Virus record (IMG/VR): IMGVR_UViG_3300045988_176738
Span: 32,001 to 96,000 of that record
Length of the DNA: 64,000 bases
Strand: one strand, 5' to 3'
Source of the DNA: a virus
Part shown: piece by piece, positions 40,561-49,684 of the stretch
How the letters are laid out: each line of letters begins with the position of its first letter
How positions within the stretch are numbered: the first letter of the stretch is position 1
Translations under genes and position numbers: made by a program
Notes under the pieces: generated by a model
Seen by the model: the letters and a program-made list of their open reading frames with translations, nothing else
What the model was told of the DNA's origin: nothing
Database searches by the model: none

Positions 40561-41322
40561 CTATTTTTTTAATTTTTCTATTTCTTCAATAGCTTCTTTT
40601 ACTTGTTGTACTTTAAATTTAGAAATCATACCTTTTTGTGGCTCATATTTTTTTAATATATTATTTACTTTATCTCTATTCGCTGAATCTTGTGCAATTA
40701 CATCTTTACACAATTCAACTAATTTATCTTTGCTGGTTTTCTTTTTTTCTTTATTTGCTTTTGTTAAAGTAGAACTATTATCAGATTCTTTCGGTATATC
40801 TTCTTTTTCGTATAATTTTAATCCTATACCAAACATAGCTATATTTTTTGTTAAACAACGCATTATAGAATTACTAATTAAATTACTTGTTAGTTTTTCT
40901 AATTTTACTGGATTATGAGCATTATCCATTACTGAAAGCCACATTTCTTTTACTTTTCCAAAAGCATATATTTTTGTTCTAACCATAAATGTTCCAAATT
41001 GTTCCCAAACAAAACCATCTTCGTTTCTTAACACTTCATAAGTTGCACTAGGGTCTCTTTCAATTAACATTCTATATGCTTTTGCCCAAGATAAATAATT
41101 TAATCCTTTATAATCTTTGTCTATGTCATCTTCAGTTACCATATCATAATTTTCAAAAAATATTTTTCTAAATGTAATGTCATTAACCGAATATAAATTT
41201 AATAGTTCACAAGCACTTTTTTGTTCATTTATTGTCATATTATTCCATAAAGAGCATAATAATTCAACTTTATTTTCTTTTGGTGTATCTTCTTCCACAA
41301 AAATCCTCCTTTTTTTATTCAT
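40561..41322 (-). CDS. Rad52/Sak-like single-strand annealing protein
   Basis: GLNYLSWAKAYRML and NIAMFGIGLKLYEKE resemble the Rad52-family core (..FGIGL.LY). It lies next to SSB and the exonuclease. Confidence 0.5.
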   Translation of the reverse strand: MNKKRRIFVEEDTPKENKVELLCSLWNNMTINEQKSACELLNLYSVNDITFRKIFFENYDMVTEDDIDKDYKGLNYLSWAKAYRMLIERDPSATYEVLRNEDGFVWEQFGTFMVRTKIYAFGKVKEMWLSVMDNAHNPVKLEKLTSNLISNSIMRCLTKNIAMFGIGLKLYEKEDIPKESDNSSTLTKANKEKKKTSKDKLVELCKDVIAQDSANRDKVNNILKKYEPQKGMISKFKVQQVKEAIEEIEKLKK

Positions 41323-41721
41323 AATACTTATAGAAGTATAAGCCTATTTATAAAAATTTTAATTAAAATTCATCTTTTTTTATTTCTCATTTTTCATTTG
41401 CCGATTTAGAGGTTTAACCACTCTTAAAATATAAATAAAATTTAAACTTAATCTAATTATAAATTTAACTTATAAAAATAAATGATAACATTTTTCCTGA
41501 TTGTATATTTTTAATAAATTTAAAATAAATCTAAATTTATCTGATTTTTTCGACTTATACTTCTACTATGTGGGTTGGGATTTGCACCCAACATGTGAGA
41601 GACTTTTAATCTACAACGGGTCAGTCCTTAGAAAAGGAGATAGTTTCCCTGGTTTAAACTATCAAAACACAACCGACATTTCTGCCATAAAGCGTCTACC
41701 TATTCCGCCACCACACATCTT

Positions 41722-42225
41722 TTAGATTTCAAATTCTTCTGAATTTAATTTACTTATTTCAAATTCTAAATCCATAATATCAGATTTTAATTGGCTTATA
41801 ATTGATTTTATATGATCTACATCAAAAGCTGGAAAAGTTTTTATCCAATAAGAATTATTAACTTCTGTTACTCTTTCTTTTTTAGTTGTAATCTTTACTA
41901 AAGGTTCTAAATTTCTAAGCAGTATTTTTTTATTGCTAATAATATTTAAGGTTTTTTGAATAGTATCACCATTAGGCAATGTTAAGCTATTATTTTTTTC
42001 AAATATTATCGCTTTATTTTTATTTATTTCTCTCTCTAATTCTAATATTCTATTCATTGTTTCAGAAAATATCTGTGTATTATCCTCTAAAGATTCAGTT
42101 TGTTGATTTGTTACTTCTATTGCATTTCTATTTTTAGAATAACTAGCTAACGAATAACAAGAATCTTTATATTCCATCTCTTGTTCTTTAACTAGTGTCA
42201 TTAAATTTATCAAATTAGTTTTCAT
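41722..42225 (-). CDS. hypothetical coiled-coil protein
   Basis: A 167-aa ORF. Confidence 0.35.
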   Translation of the reverse strand: MKTNLINLMTLVKEQEMEYKDSCYSLASYSKNRNAIEVTNQQTESLEDNTQIFSETMNRILELEREINKNKAIIFEKNNSLTLPNGDTIQKTLNIISNKKILLRNLEPLVKITTKKERVTEVNNSYWIKTFPAFDVDHIKSIISQLKSDIMDLEFEISKLNSEEFEI

Positions 42226-42236
42226 AAAATCCTCCT

Positions 42237-42512
42237 CTATGAATTAAGATATTTTAAAAATCTAACAGTCTTATCTTTTATTAATTTTCTATAACCACAA
42301 ATTTTTGTATCTTCATCTTTCTTTACTTCATTTTGACAGACTAAAATATTAGTGCCTTCTACCCAAGTCATTTTATTTTTGCATTTAGGGCACATCAATA
42401 CTTTATCTTTTTGTGTATCTGCCCACTCTTTCTGAGGTTTTCTAGGTTTTTTACCTAAATATTTTCCTAAATCTTCAAACGTTTTAAATTTCATAAAAAT
42501 TCCACCTTTCAT
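42237..42512 (-). CDS. hypothetical Zn-ribbon protein
   Basis: CPKCKN..C..C motif. Confidence 0.35.
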   Translation of the reverse strand: MKGGIFMKFKTFEDLGKYLGKKPRKPQKEWADTQKDKVLMCPKCKNKMTWVEGTNILVCQNEVKKDEDTKICGYRKLIKDKTVRFLKYLNS

Positions 42513-43060
42513 ACATAATTATATATTTGTTTAATATTATTTATTTCAGTTCCATTCCAATTGTTATTCCAATCGGCATTTTCCCTATTTCTAAATAATA
42601 TTTTTAAACTAGCATTACTATCATAAAGATTTTTTTGATTGTCATCTATAAATACCCAATCCTTTAAATCTAATGATGATTTATCTTCTATACCTTCAAG
42701 AACTCCTATAAAATTTAAATTTATTTTTTTTATAAGAATATTATTTTTTATAAAATCTTTTTTTAATTGTAAATTTTTTGAACTTCCAGCACTATATATA
42801 ATTAAAGGGTATTTTTTTGATAAATCTTCTAATGTTTCAATTGTATTTGGTTTAAAAGTTAATCTTTGAAACAATCTTTTATCATTCCAAACATTATTTA
42901 TTTGTTCAAAAGTAAGTGTAGGATAAGCATCTTTAAAATCCCACCTATTAACATCACTTGCTTTTGCATGAAGATTATAATCTTCATTAAGTATAGATAC
43001 AATTGCCTCTATACTATTTACTAACACTTCATCGAAGTCGAATGCAATTCCTTTATACAT
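42509..43060 (-). CDS. 5'(3')-deoxyribonucleotidase-like HAD hydrolase (NT5C family)
   Basis: GIAFDFDEVL is the DxDxV motif I, and IIYSAGSSK is motif II-like. Confidence 0.55.
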   Translation of the reverse strand: MYKGIAFDFDEVLVNSIEAIVSILNEDYNLHAKASDVNRWDFKDAYPTLTFEQINNVWNDKRLFQRLTFKPNTIETLEDLSKKYPLIIYSAGSSKNLQLKKDFIKNNILIKKINLNFIGVLEGIEDKSSLDLKDWVFIDDNQKNLYDSNASLKILFRNRENADWNNNWNGTEINNIKQIYNYV

Positions 43061-44045
43061 AAGACACTTCCTTTCTAAATGGATTAAATGTATTTATATT
43101 TTCTTGTATTCTTCTTTGAACTGTTGTTTTAGCATATATACGAGTTGTCATTATACTTTCATGTCCTAAATTTTCTTGTACTACATCAAGTGGAACACCA
43201 TTATTTAATGCAAATGTTGCATAAAAATGTCTTAATGTATGAGCTGTCACATTTTTTTCTTTGACATTTATTCCGGCTTTTTCTGCAATTTTCTTTAAAC
43301 TATTATTAAAATTACTATCGTTCATTTGACATCCAGTTTCACTAAGAAATATTAAATCTTTATTTTTTTCTATTTTATTTAAATAATCTTCATAATTTTT
43401 AAATCCTTTATATTTTACAGTTTTTCTTAAAGAATTAAATGTAGTTCGAGATAAAACAATAGGTTGTTTTCTTTCATTATTTATATAATCCTCAAGCATT
43501 TCAGCTACTTCATCATGCAATATTACATATCTTTCTTTACTACCTTTACCCTTTATTTTAAACACATTTCCAGTAAAGTCAGATATTCTTAAAGACATAA
43601 GTTCGCTAAAACGCATCCCCGTAGTTGTAAATAATGTTAATATAGTATTATATTTTTTTCTGTCTTTTATAACATCAAACATCTTCATAAATTCTTCTTC
43701 TGTTGGAATTTCTTTAATTTTTTTTGGAACTTTAACTCTTACAGATTTTGTAATTATATTCTTTTCGAGTATTTCTTCATCTACTAAAAATCTAAAGAAA
43801 CTTCTTATAACTGCTAATTTAGTATTTATACTGCTTAAAGAATTTCCGTTAGATAAAAGATATTCTTTATATTTTATAATATCTTCTTGCTTTAAATTTT
43901 TTATATTTTCTAAATCATTAATTTGTGTTATATGAAAAAACTCCTTTAAAAATCCTTTATAATAAGATAATGTATTAGTTGGATTTTCTCTATTTGTCTC
44001 AATACATCTATAAAATAAATTTAGCTCTCTTAATAATTCATTCAT
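43053..44045 (-). CDS. tyrosine recombinase (XerC/D-like) under an early promoter
   Basis: GMRFSEL (R), HTLRHFYAT (HxxRH) and TTRIYAKT (Tyr) are present. Confidence 0.85.
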   Translation of the reverse strand: MNELLRELNLFYRCIETNRENPTNTLSYYKGFLKEFFHITQINDLENIKNLKQEDIIKYKEYLLSNGNSLSSINTKLAVIRSFFRFLVDEEILEKNIITKSVRVKVPKKIKEIPTEEEFMKMFDVIKDRKKYNTILTLFTTTGMRFSELMSLRISDFTGNVFKIKGKGSKERYVILHDEVAEMLEDYINNERKQPIVLSRTTFNSLRKTVKYKGFKNYEDYLNKIEKNKDLIFLSETGCQMNDSNFNNSLKKIAEKAGINVKEKNVTAHTLRHFYATFALNNGVPLDVVQENLGHESIMTTRIYAKTTVQRRIQENINTFNPFRKEVSYV

Positions 44046-44059
44046 ATTTATCTCCTCGC

Positions 44060-44112
44060 TTTCTACATTATCTATTATACACTATAAATTAAAATTTGTC
44101 AAGTATTTTTTA
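44060..44112. repeat. 53-bp perfect direct repeat (copy 1), includes promoter
   Basis: tttctacattatctattatacactataaattaaaatttgtcaagtatttttta is identical to 45293-45345. Confidence 0.8.
44074..44102 (-). promoter_or_regulatory. consensus sigma70 promoter copy (– strand)
   Basis: The reverse complement reads cttgacaaattttaatttatagtgtataat. Confidence 0.65.
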
Positions 44113-44147
44113 AAAAATATTTATTAAAATTATAAAAACATATTTAA

Positions 44148-44471
44148 TTATTCTTTAGGATAATCGGAGTATTTTATAATCTCATCTGCATTGAATAATT
44201 CTTTTAAATAAGGAATACTGTCTTGACAAAAATCATCAACAGCAACTACTTTTTTGCCATATTCATCATAATAAGAACAAATGAATTTTGTAGTATTGCA
44301 ATCCATAAATATTTTTAATTTATTTATAAAATCATTTTCTTCTAAAAAAAATAAATCACCAAAAAATCTTTCAAAATTACATATTAATTGACCAAATCTC
44401 CAATCTGGAACTTCAGACCATATTTTCTCAATCTCTTCTAAAAATGGTTTTATTCTTGCTTTATCTCTCAT
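44148..44471 (-). CDS. hypothetical protein
   Basis: A 107-aa ORF. Confidence 0.35.
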   Translation of the reverse strand: MRDKARIKPFLEEIEKIWSEVPDWRFGQLICNFERFFGDLFFLEENDFINKLKIFMDCNTTKFICSYYDEYGKKVVAVDDFCQDSIPYLKELFNADEIIKYSDYPKE

Positions 44472-44928
44472 ATTCTTCTTCCTTTCTTTTATATATTGAA
44501 TTATTAGCTTTTTTTCTTAAATACATAAGGCGATAATATTCTTTTTCACTAAGTTTTGAATTATCAAGTGCAGGTATTGTAATAATTTCTGAATTAATAC
44601 TATCTAAATCTATTTTTTGCATAATAATTCCATTTTCATTAATTTCCAACCTCGCTAAATCTAATCTATATTTAAAATCTTTTAAAATTTGATTAATTTC
44701 TCTTTGAGTTTTTTCGCTTTGTTCATGTAACCATTGATGATTATAATTTGCAAGATTTGCACCATTTTCAATAGATGTTTCACCACCATCGCACCTTCTT
44801 TTTAAATGATGATAACTGATTGTCCTGTCTAATGTTTTTGCTTTCCTAATACGAATACCCGCTCTTTCCATAAAGCAACCATCACCATAAATTTCTTTTA
44901 GTAGGTTTCTTGCTTCTCTATTCTTCAT
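44461..44928 (-). CDS. HNH nuclease
   Basis: SYHHLKRRCDGGETSIENGANLANYNHQWLH is an HNH motif. Confidence 0.6.
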   Translation of the reverse strand: MKNREARNLLKEIYGDGCFMERAGIRIRKAKTLDRTISYHHLKRRCDGGETSIENGANLANYNHQWLHEQSEKTQREINQILKDFKYRLDLARLEINENGIIMQKIDLDSINSEIITIPALDNSKLSEKEYYRLMYLRKKANNSIYKRKEEEYER

Positions 44929-44983
44929 ACTATCACCACCTTTCTTATCTTTTGTAATATGTAAGGCGGTTTAACCGCCGATA

Positions 44984-45214
44984 TTAATTACCTTTTATCA
45001 TCTTTGTAGCATATAATCTAGCGTCATTTGTTAAAATATCTGTTGAATCATCTAATGAAACTGTTTCACCTCTCAATTGAATTGTATAATTTCCTTCTAA
45101 TGAAAATCCAGCTAATTCAAAAACATCTTTTATTGTCTCAACATCATCTGTAATAGCTACTCTTTTAACTTCTCCAGGTAAAACTCCAACACTAATTTCT
45201 AATACATTATCCAT
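44984..45214 (-). CDS. ubiquitin-like beta-grasp protein (ThiS/MoaD-like), C-terminus ..KGN
   Basis: 76 aa with the pattern V..ITDDVETIKDVFELAG...TVSLDDSTDILTNDARLYATKMIKGN, which resembles MoaD/ThiS (..dGD.v.i.p.v.GG). It has its own promoter and lies next to E1/JAB/E2. Confidence 0.5.
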   Translation of the reverse strand: MDNVLEISVGVLPGEVKRVAITDDVETIKDVFELAGFSLEGNYTIQLRGETVSLDDSTDILTNDARLYATKMIKGN

Positions 45215-45292
45215 AAAAAAACCTCCTAAAATTTTTAAATATTTATATAAAGTCTATTGACTATATATCAAGTTTGTTTTATTTATTATTTT

Positions 45293-45345
45293 TTTCTACA
45301 TTATCTATTATACACTATAAATTAAAATTTGTCAAGTATTTTTTA
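45293..45345. repeat. 53-bp perfect direct repeat (copy 2)
   Basis: Identical to 44060-44112. Confidence 0.8.
45307..45335 (-). promoter_or_regulatory. consensus sigma70 promoter copy (– strand)
   Basis: Identical to the copy at 44074-44102. Confidence 0.65.
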
Positions 45346-45352
45346 ATTTTTT

Positions 45353-46030
45353 TTAAATTTCAAATTTTTGTTTAAAACTATCCATATTTCTATAATTTAT
45401 TATAATCTCATTATTATTTATAATATCATCATTATTTAAAAAATCTATTAATTGCCAAACTGCTTGTGAAGCAACGCTCATTGCTGTAGGTAATAATGTT
45501 AAAGAAGTTCCACAAAATGAAGTTTCAGCAATATCATCATCATAAAATTTTTGAGAATAATTTTTCAAACAAGTATAATCGGTTGGACTGATAGTATAAA
45601 TCATTGCTTGATCAACTCCCATTCTTGTTTCAATTAAAAGTCTAACATTTGGATTATTTTTTATACAATTTTCATAAATCTCTTTTCTTGATTTCATAGT
45701 GTCTGTTAATAAAAATACAATCCCTTCAAGATTTGATTTTGCGTTACATTCTTCTATTTTTTTTGTAACATCAATACCCTCATCATTATACTTTTTCATT
45801 TTTTCTGCAATAGCATCAACTTTAAATTTTCCAACATCACATATTTCATAATTTTGATTTGGAAGATTATGTTCTTCCACTTTATCAAAATCATATAAAG
45901 TTATATTATTAAACCCCATTTTTGCTAAAATTGTTGCGACCCAACTCCCAGTAGCACCACAACCTATTATAGTTATTTTATCCTTTAAATTGTAAGGGTT
46001 TATAATTTCTCTATGTCTTGAAATATCCAT
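45353..46030 (-). CDS. E1-like ThiF/MoeB-family adenylyltransferase
   Basis: ITIIGCGATGSWVATILAKMG is the GxGxxG Rossmann motif. LYDFDKVEEHNLPNQ matches the ThiF signature (D.D.ve.sNL.RQ). Confidence 0.75.
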   Translation of the reverse strand: MDISRHREIINPYNLKDKITIIGCGATGSWVATILAKMGFNNITLYDFDKVEEHNLPNQNYEICDVGKFKVDAIAEKMKKYNDEGIDVTKKIEECNAKSNLEGIVFLLTDTMKSRKEIYENCIKNNPNVRLLIETRMGVDQAMIYTISPTDYTCLKNYSQKFYDDDIAETSFCGTSLTLLPTAMSVASQAVWQLIDFLNNDDIINNNEIIINYRNMDSFKQKFEI

Positions 46031-46047
46031 TTTTTACCTCCTAAATT

Positions 46048-46758
46048 TTATGAATTTTCCATATTATTTATTTTGTCCATATAATAATTATCATATCCTT
46101 CGTAATCATAATCCCAGTCAGCATATTCATCATTTAGTTTTTCTGCTAAATCTTTTACATTTTCTTTTTTTTTATTTTTATTATTCATATAATAAGATGA
46201 ATCTCCATATGGCATATAGTTATTCTTAAAATAAGTATTTGGAACTTCATATACTTTTTCCTTAACCTTTTCTGCAAGCTCTTTTTTTATTTCTTCATTT
46301 TCATCACCTTCTATTACAGGTGTCATTTCCGTAACAAAGATATTTTTATCTTTATCGAATAGACTTAAATTTATATTATCATTTTTATTCATAATTAATC
46401 TTATGAAAAAATCATTATTTGAAATAAATTCTTCAAATTGTGTATCATCTTGACTGCTTGGTGCTGTACTCATATTTACATGTGAATGACCCCAAAATTT
46501 TATATCATTAGGTTTTCCAGATTTTTCTCTTTCTAAATATAAATTTATAATTCCTTCTGGTGAAAGCTCGCAAGTTGTACCATTTACTTCTTGTTCTACT
46601 AAATAAACATCTGTAACAATATAAGTTGATTCATTTTTTGTTACTGAACCTAACCACCCAACTTCTTTATCACTATACTTTACATAATATTTCATTTTTT
46701 CATACGCTTTTTTTGACAAAATTATTTTTGGTTCATCTTTCAATAATTTAATATTCAT
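46048..46758 (-). CDS. JAB/MPN+ (JAMM) metalloprotease, deubiquitinase-like
   Basis: SDKEVGWLGS holds the upstream Glu. WGHSHVNMSTAPSSQD is the HxHx7Sx2D JAMM motif. The tail is N/Y/D-rich and low-complexity. Confidence 0.8.
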   Translation of the reverse strand: MNIKLLKDEPKIILSKKAYEKMKYYVKYSDKEVGWLGSVTKNESTYIVTDVYLVEQEVNGTTCELSPEGIINLYLEREKSGKPNDIKFWGHSHVNMSTAPSSQDDTQFEEFISNNDFFIRLIMNKNDNINLSLFDKDKNIFVTEMTPVIEGDENEEIKKELAEKVKEKVYEVPNTYFKNNYMPYGDSSYYMNNKNKKKENVKDLAEKLNDEYADWDYDYEGYDNYYMDKINNMENS

Positions 46759-46768
46759 ATTTTACCTC

Positions 46769-47167
46769 CTAAAATAATAATTCTTCAATATTTTTATAAG
46801 AAATTTGAGTTTGTTCAAATTTTTCTCCAGTTTCATAATTTATAAGGCTGTCTCCATCTTCAATATATAAATCCCAAGATATAACATATTTCCCAGCTGA
46901 ATCTAATAAATTTACAGATTGTAAATATTGAATACATAAATCTATTAACAAATATAAATCATTATTAGATATTGCATAACCCATTAATTCCGATAAATCA
47001 CCTAAACAAGCTATACCATCCCCATCAACATGAGGTGCATTACAATTTTTGCCCCAATAACTTCTTCTTTTATTATTCAAATTAAAAAATTTTACATTCA
47101 TATCATTTAAGTTTATTTTTATATCAAATTTTCCTAAATAAAATTTATATTCTTTATCAGATTCCAT
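46769..47167 (-). CDS. E2-like (UBC-fold) ubiquitin-conjugating enzyme homologue
   Basis: NAPHVDGDGIACLGDL parallels the eukaryotic E2 active site HPNVxxxGxICLDIL. The catalytic Cys would sit in IACLG. Confidence 0.55.
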   Translation of the reverse strand: MESDKEYKFYLGKFDIKINLNDMNVKFFNLNNKRRSYWGKNCNAPHVDGDGIACLGDLSELMGYAISNNDLYLLIDLCIQYLQSVNLLDSAGKYVISWDLYIEDGDSLINYETGEKFEQTQISYKNIEELLF

Positions 47168-47372
47168 CTTTTTTCTATTATCATATTTTAAATCACTAGA
47201 AACCCAGTATTCCCTATCTATTAATTCATTATATCTCTGTTTATCAAAATGAGTTACAAATAAATCTTTAGTAAGAACATGAACTATAGAACCATCATTT
47301 TTTACTTCATCTACATATACATTATCAAGTAAAATATCGTTTAAGGTTTTATTTTCTATTGCTTCTAAATCT

Positions 47373-48056
47373 TCATTTAACAGTTTTATTTTTTTTATTA
47401 TATGCTTTTAAATTTTTAGTATAACTTTGCAATTCTCTTTTATAATAATCAATATCTGATATTAATTCAGTTTTTTTCTTATTATAAAAAGATTTTAATG
47501 TTTCACCAAAAATCTTTTTATTTTTTTCTTGAATTTGATTTTCATTATTATTTTGTTCGGATTCTTTAAAACAAAAAACCCCTGGATATTGTTTCGAGAA
47601 AAAATCTAAAGTTTCTAAAATTAAGTTTAAAACTTTTTTTGTTCTTTCTATTCGTGTAAAACTTGTTAAAAATGTAAAATATATTATATTTCTAGCTTTA
47701 TCAAAAATTGCAATAGGAATATCATTTTTTTCAAAAACACATTCTGTATCTTTATAATCAGGTGCTATCATTGAAAATGATTCTGCACCTATACCTAATT
47801 TTTTTAAATCATTTTCAACACCAGATGTTATAAAATGATTGTTATCATATAAACCAAAAGTAATTTTTAAATTTTCACTATCTAGATCTAATTGGCTTAC
47901 TGTCTCGTTTCTTACATAAAATTTTATGCCTATGTTCTCTGAATACTTAAAAAAATATTTAAGTTTTTCACAAAAAACCTTTTCTATATTCCTTATAGCT
48001 TCAGTTTGTCCTTTAAATAACATGTTCTTAAATGAATCATCAAAATAAATATTCAT
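47373..48056 (-). CDS. hypothetical protein, first gene of the E2-JAB-E1 operon
   Basis: 227 aa. It ends in a Lys-rich tail encoded by an A8 run. Confidence 0.4.
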   Translation of the reverse strand: MNIYFDDSFKNMLFKGQTEAIRNIEKVFCEKLKYFFKYSENIGIKFYVRNETVSQLDLDSENLKITFGLYDNNHFITSGVENDLKKLGIGAESFSMIAPDYKDTECVFEKNDIPIAIFDKARNIIYFTFLTSFTRIERTKKVLNLILETLDFFSKQYPGVFCFKESEQNNNENQIQEKNKKIFGETLKSFYNKKKTELISDIDYYKRELQSYTKNLKAYNKKNKTVK

Positions 48057-48083
48057 AAATTGTTCCTCCTTTTATACTAATAA

Positions 48084-48112
48084 TTATACACTATAAATTT
48101 AAAATTGTCAAG
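48084..48112 (-). promoter_or_regulatory. consensus sigma70 promoter copy (– strand)
   Basis: The reverse complement reads cttgacaattttaaatttatagtgtataat. Confidence 0.65.
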
Positions 48113-48515
48113 AGTTTTTTTTACATTTTTCACAAAGTGGAAGAAAAAAACTTTTTTCATAATCTATTTCAGCTGGCAATCCACAATTTATACAAATGTG
48201 TTTACTTTTTTCTGAATATTCGTCTAATAAATTATTTAATTCTTCAAAAATTATTTCAGGAACACCATTATTATACCAACGCAATTCTCCCCACTTTTCT
48301 TTAATTTCGGTAATTCGATAATCATTTACATAATTTGCTTTTACAAGCAGTTTATTTATTTTTTCACAAAGTTCATCACCAAAAGAAATTCTCCAGCCTC
48401 TTGGCATAGCATCTAATTCACATTCATTTTCATACACTTCACCAGTACAGACATTTCTAAGTTTTAACCAAGGATAAAGTTCAAGTAATTCTTTATTTGT
48501 TTTTATTTTCATCAC
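48108..48515 (-). CDS. hypothetical protein with C-terminal Cys4 motif
   Basis: CINCG..C..C motif. Confidence 0.35.
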   Translation of the reverse strand: MMKIKTNKELLELYPWLKLRNVCTGEVYENECELDAMPRGWRISFGDELCEKINKLLVKANYVNDYRITEIKEKWGELRWYNNGVPEIIFEELNNLLDEYSEKSKHICINCGLPAEIDYEKSFFLPLCEKCKKNS

Positions 48516-48855
48516 CTATACTTATATATAAATTTTCCCATTCGCCATTTATTAAATAAATTTGTTGCTCATTACTTATTTTTTTTGCACCATCAAGCCA
48601 ATCTAATATTAAATCATATTCATATTCATCTAATTGAGAATCAAGATTATTATCATATACTGAAATAATATAAGTTTCTACACCAAAATAATCACCTGAA
48701 ATTATTTTTTCAAAAAATACATCTAATCCAATTCCTATATTATCATACATATCTCCAACATTTTCACCATCAATATAAACTGTTCGACTGCCGCCAACAT
48801 TATAAAATACTATTATTTTCAAAGTTTTATTCGTAATTATCACCTCGAATATCAT
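48493..48855 (-). CDS. hypothetical protein
   Basis: A 120-aa ORF. Confidence 0.35.
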   Translation of the reverse strand: MIFEVIITNKTLKIIVFYNVGGSRTVYIDGENVGDMYDNIGIGLDVFFEKIISGDYFGVETYIISVYDNNLDSQLDEYEYDLILDWLDGAKKISNEQQIYLINGEWENLYISIGDENKNK

Positions 48856-49684
48856 CTATGAATTTTTTCTTTAAAATATCATATTTAAGATTATCTAATA
48901 AATCAATACCTTCTTTATTAATAATATCTTCTTCTGTTTTATTTTTTTCTTTTATAGCATAAGTTAAAGAATCATATTGTTCACACATTTTTTTTGCAAT
49001 ATCTAAATCCATATATTTTTTCCCATCTAAAGTTAGATTCTTTTTTATATTAATAAGCTCTTCTTTTAAATCTGATTGATAGCATTTTTCTAATGGCTCG
49101 CCTGATACAAATTTATTTATAAATTCACAAAGGCGAATACAATGTGAAAGTTGTTTTCCATCAAATCCATATTTATCAATTTTCTTTTTTATTTTTGGAT
49201 ATGGATGACAAAGAGCTTTTACTTTTTCTTTACTCATACCAGAAATACATCTTAAAAATTGATTTCTATTTATATTCGCTACTTTATCTCGATTATCAAG
49301 AAGTTCTTGAAATTCTTCCATATAACGCATATCTATTATTCGTAATTTAGTATAAAGCAATTCTATATAACTAATATTCATTTTTTTGAAACAATCAAAC
49401 ATTAATCGAATATCTTTTATATCTATTTGGTCACCATTTTTTAACTCAACCGTTGTACTTATTGGTGTTTTTCCTTTTACAAAATCCTCAAAACTTGGAA
49501 GTACTATTGCTTTTGTATCAACATCTGAATCTTCATATTCTAAGCCATAATTAAAACTTCCTTGATGTGCTATGAATACGACATTATAACCATTCTTTTT
49601 TAAATAATTATAATGTTCTTTTATTCTATTCATTACTTCTATTTTACTAAGTATCTTTTTTTTCTTCATCATATCCTCCTTCAT
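48827..49684 (-). CDS. Pol-beta-superfamily nucleotidyltransferase (GS-x10-DxD)
   Basis: HQGSFNYGLEYEDSDVDTKAIV is the minimal NTase / CD-NTase-like active-site motif. The remainder is helical. Confidence 0.55.
   Translation of the reverse strand: MKEDMMKKKKILSKIEVMNRIKEHYNYLKKNGYNVVFIAHQGSFNYGLEYEDSDVDTKAIVLPSFEDFVKGKTPISTTVELKNGDQIDIKDIRLMFDCFKKMNISYIELLYTKLRIIDMRYMEEFQELLDNRDKVANINRNQFLRCISGMSKEKVKALCHPYPKIKKKIDKYGFDGKQLSHCIRLCEFINKFVSGEPLEKCYQSDLKEELINIKKNLTLDGKKYMDLDIAKKMCEQYDSLTYAIKEKNKTEEDIINKEGIDLLDNLKYDILKKKFIDDIRGDNYE

Noticed and set aside
41501-41725. ORF 41501-41725(+), and a tRNA-like T-arm motif (ttggg tgcaaat cccaa on the – strand) in the 400-nt intergenic gap
   Set aside because: There is no RBS or coding signal. 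The putative T-loop has G where the invariant T55 should be, and I could not fold a D-arm, an anticodon arm and an acceptor stem of tRNA size, so it is not called as a tRNA. It may be a regulatory or origin region, noted only.
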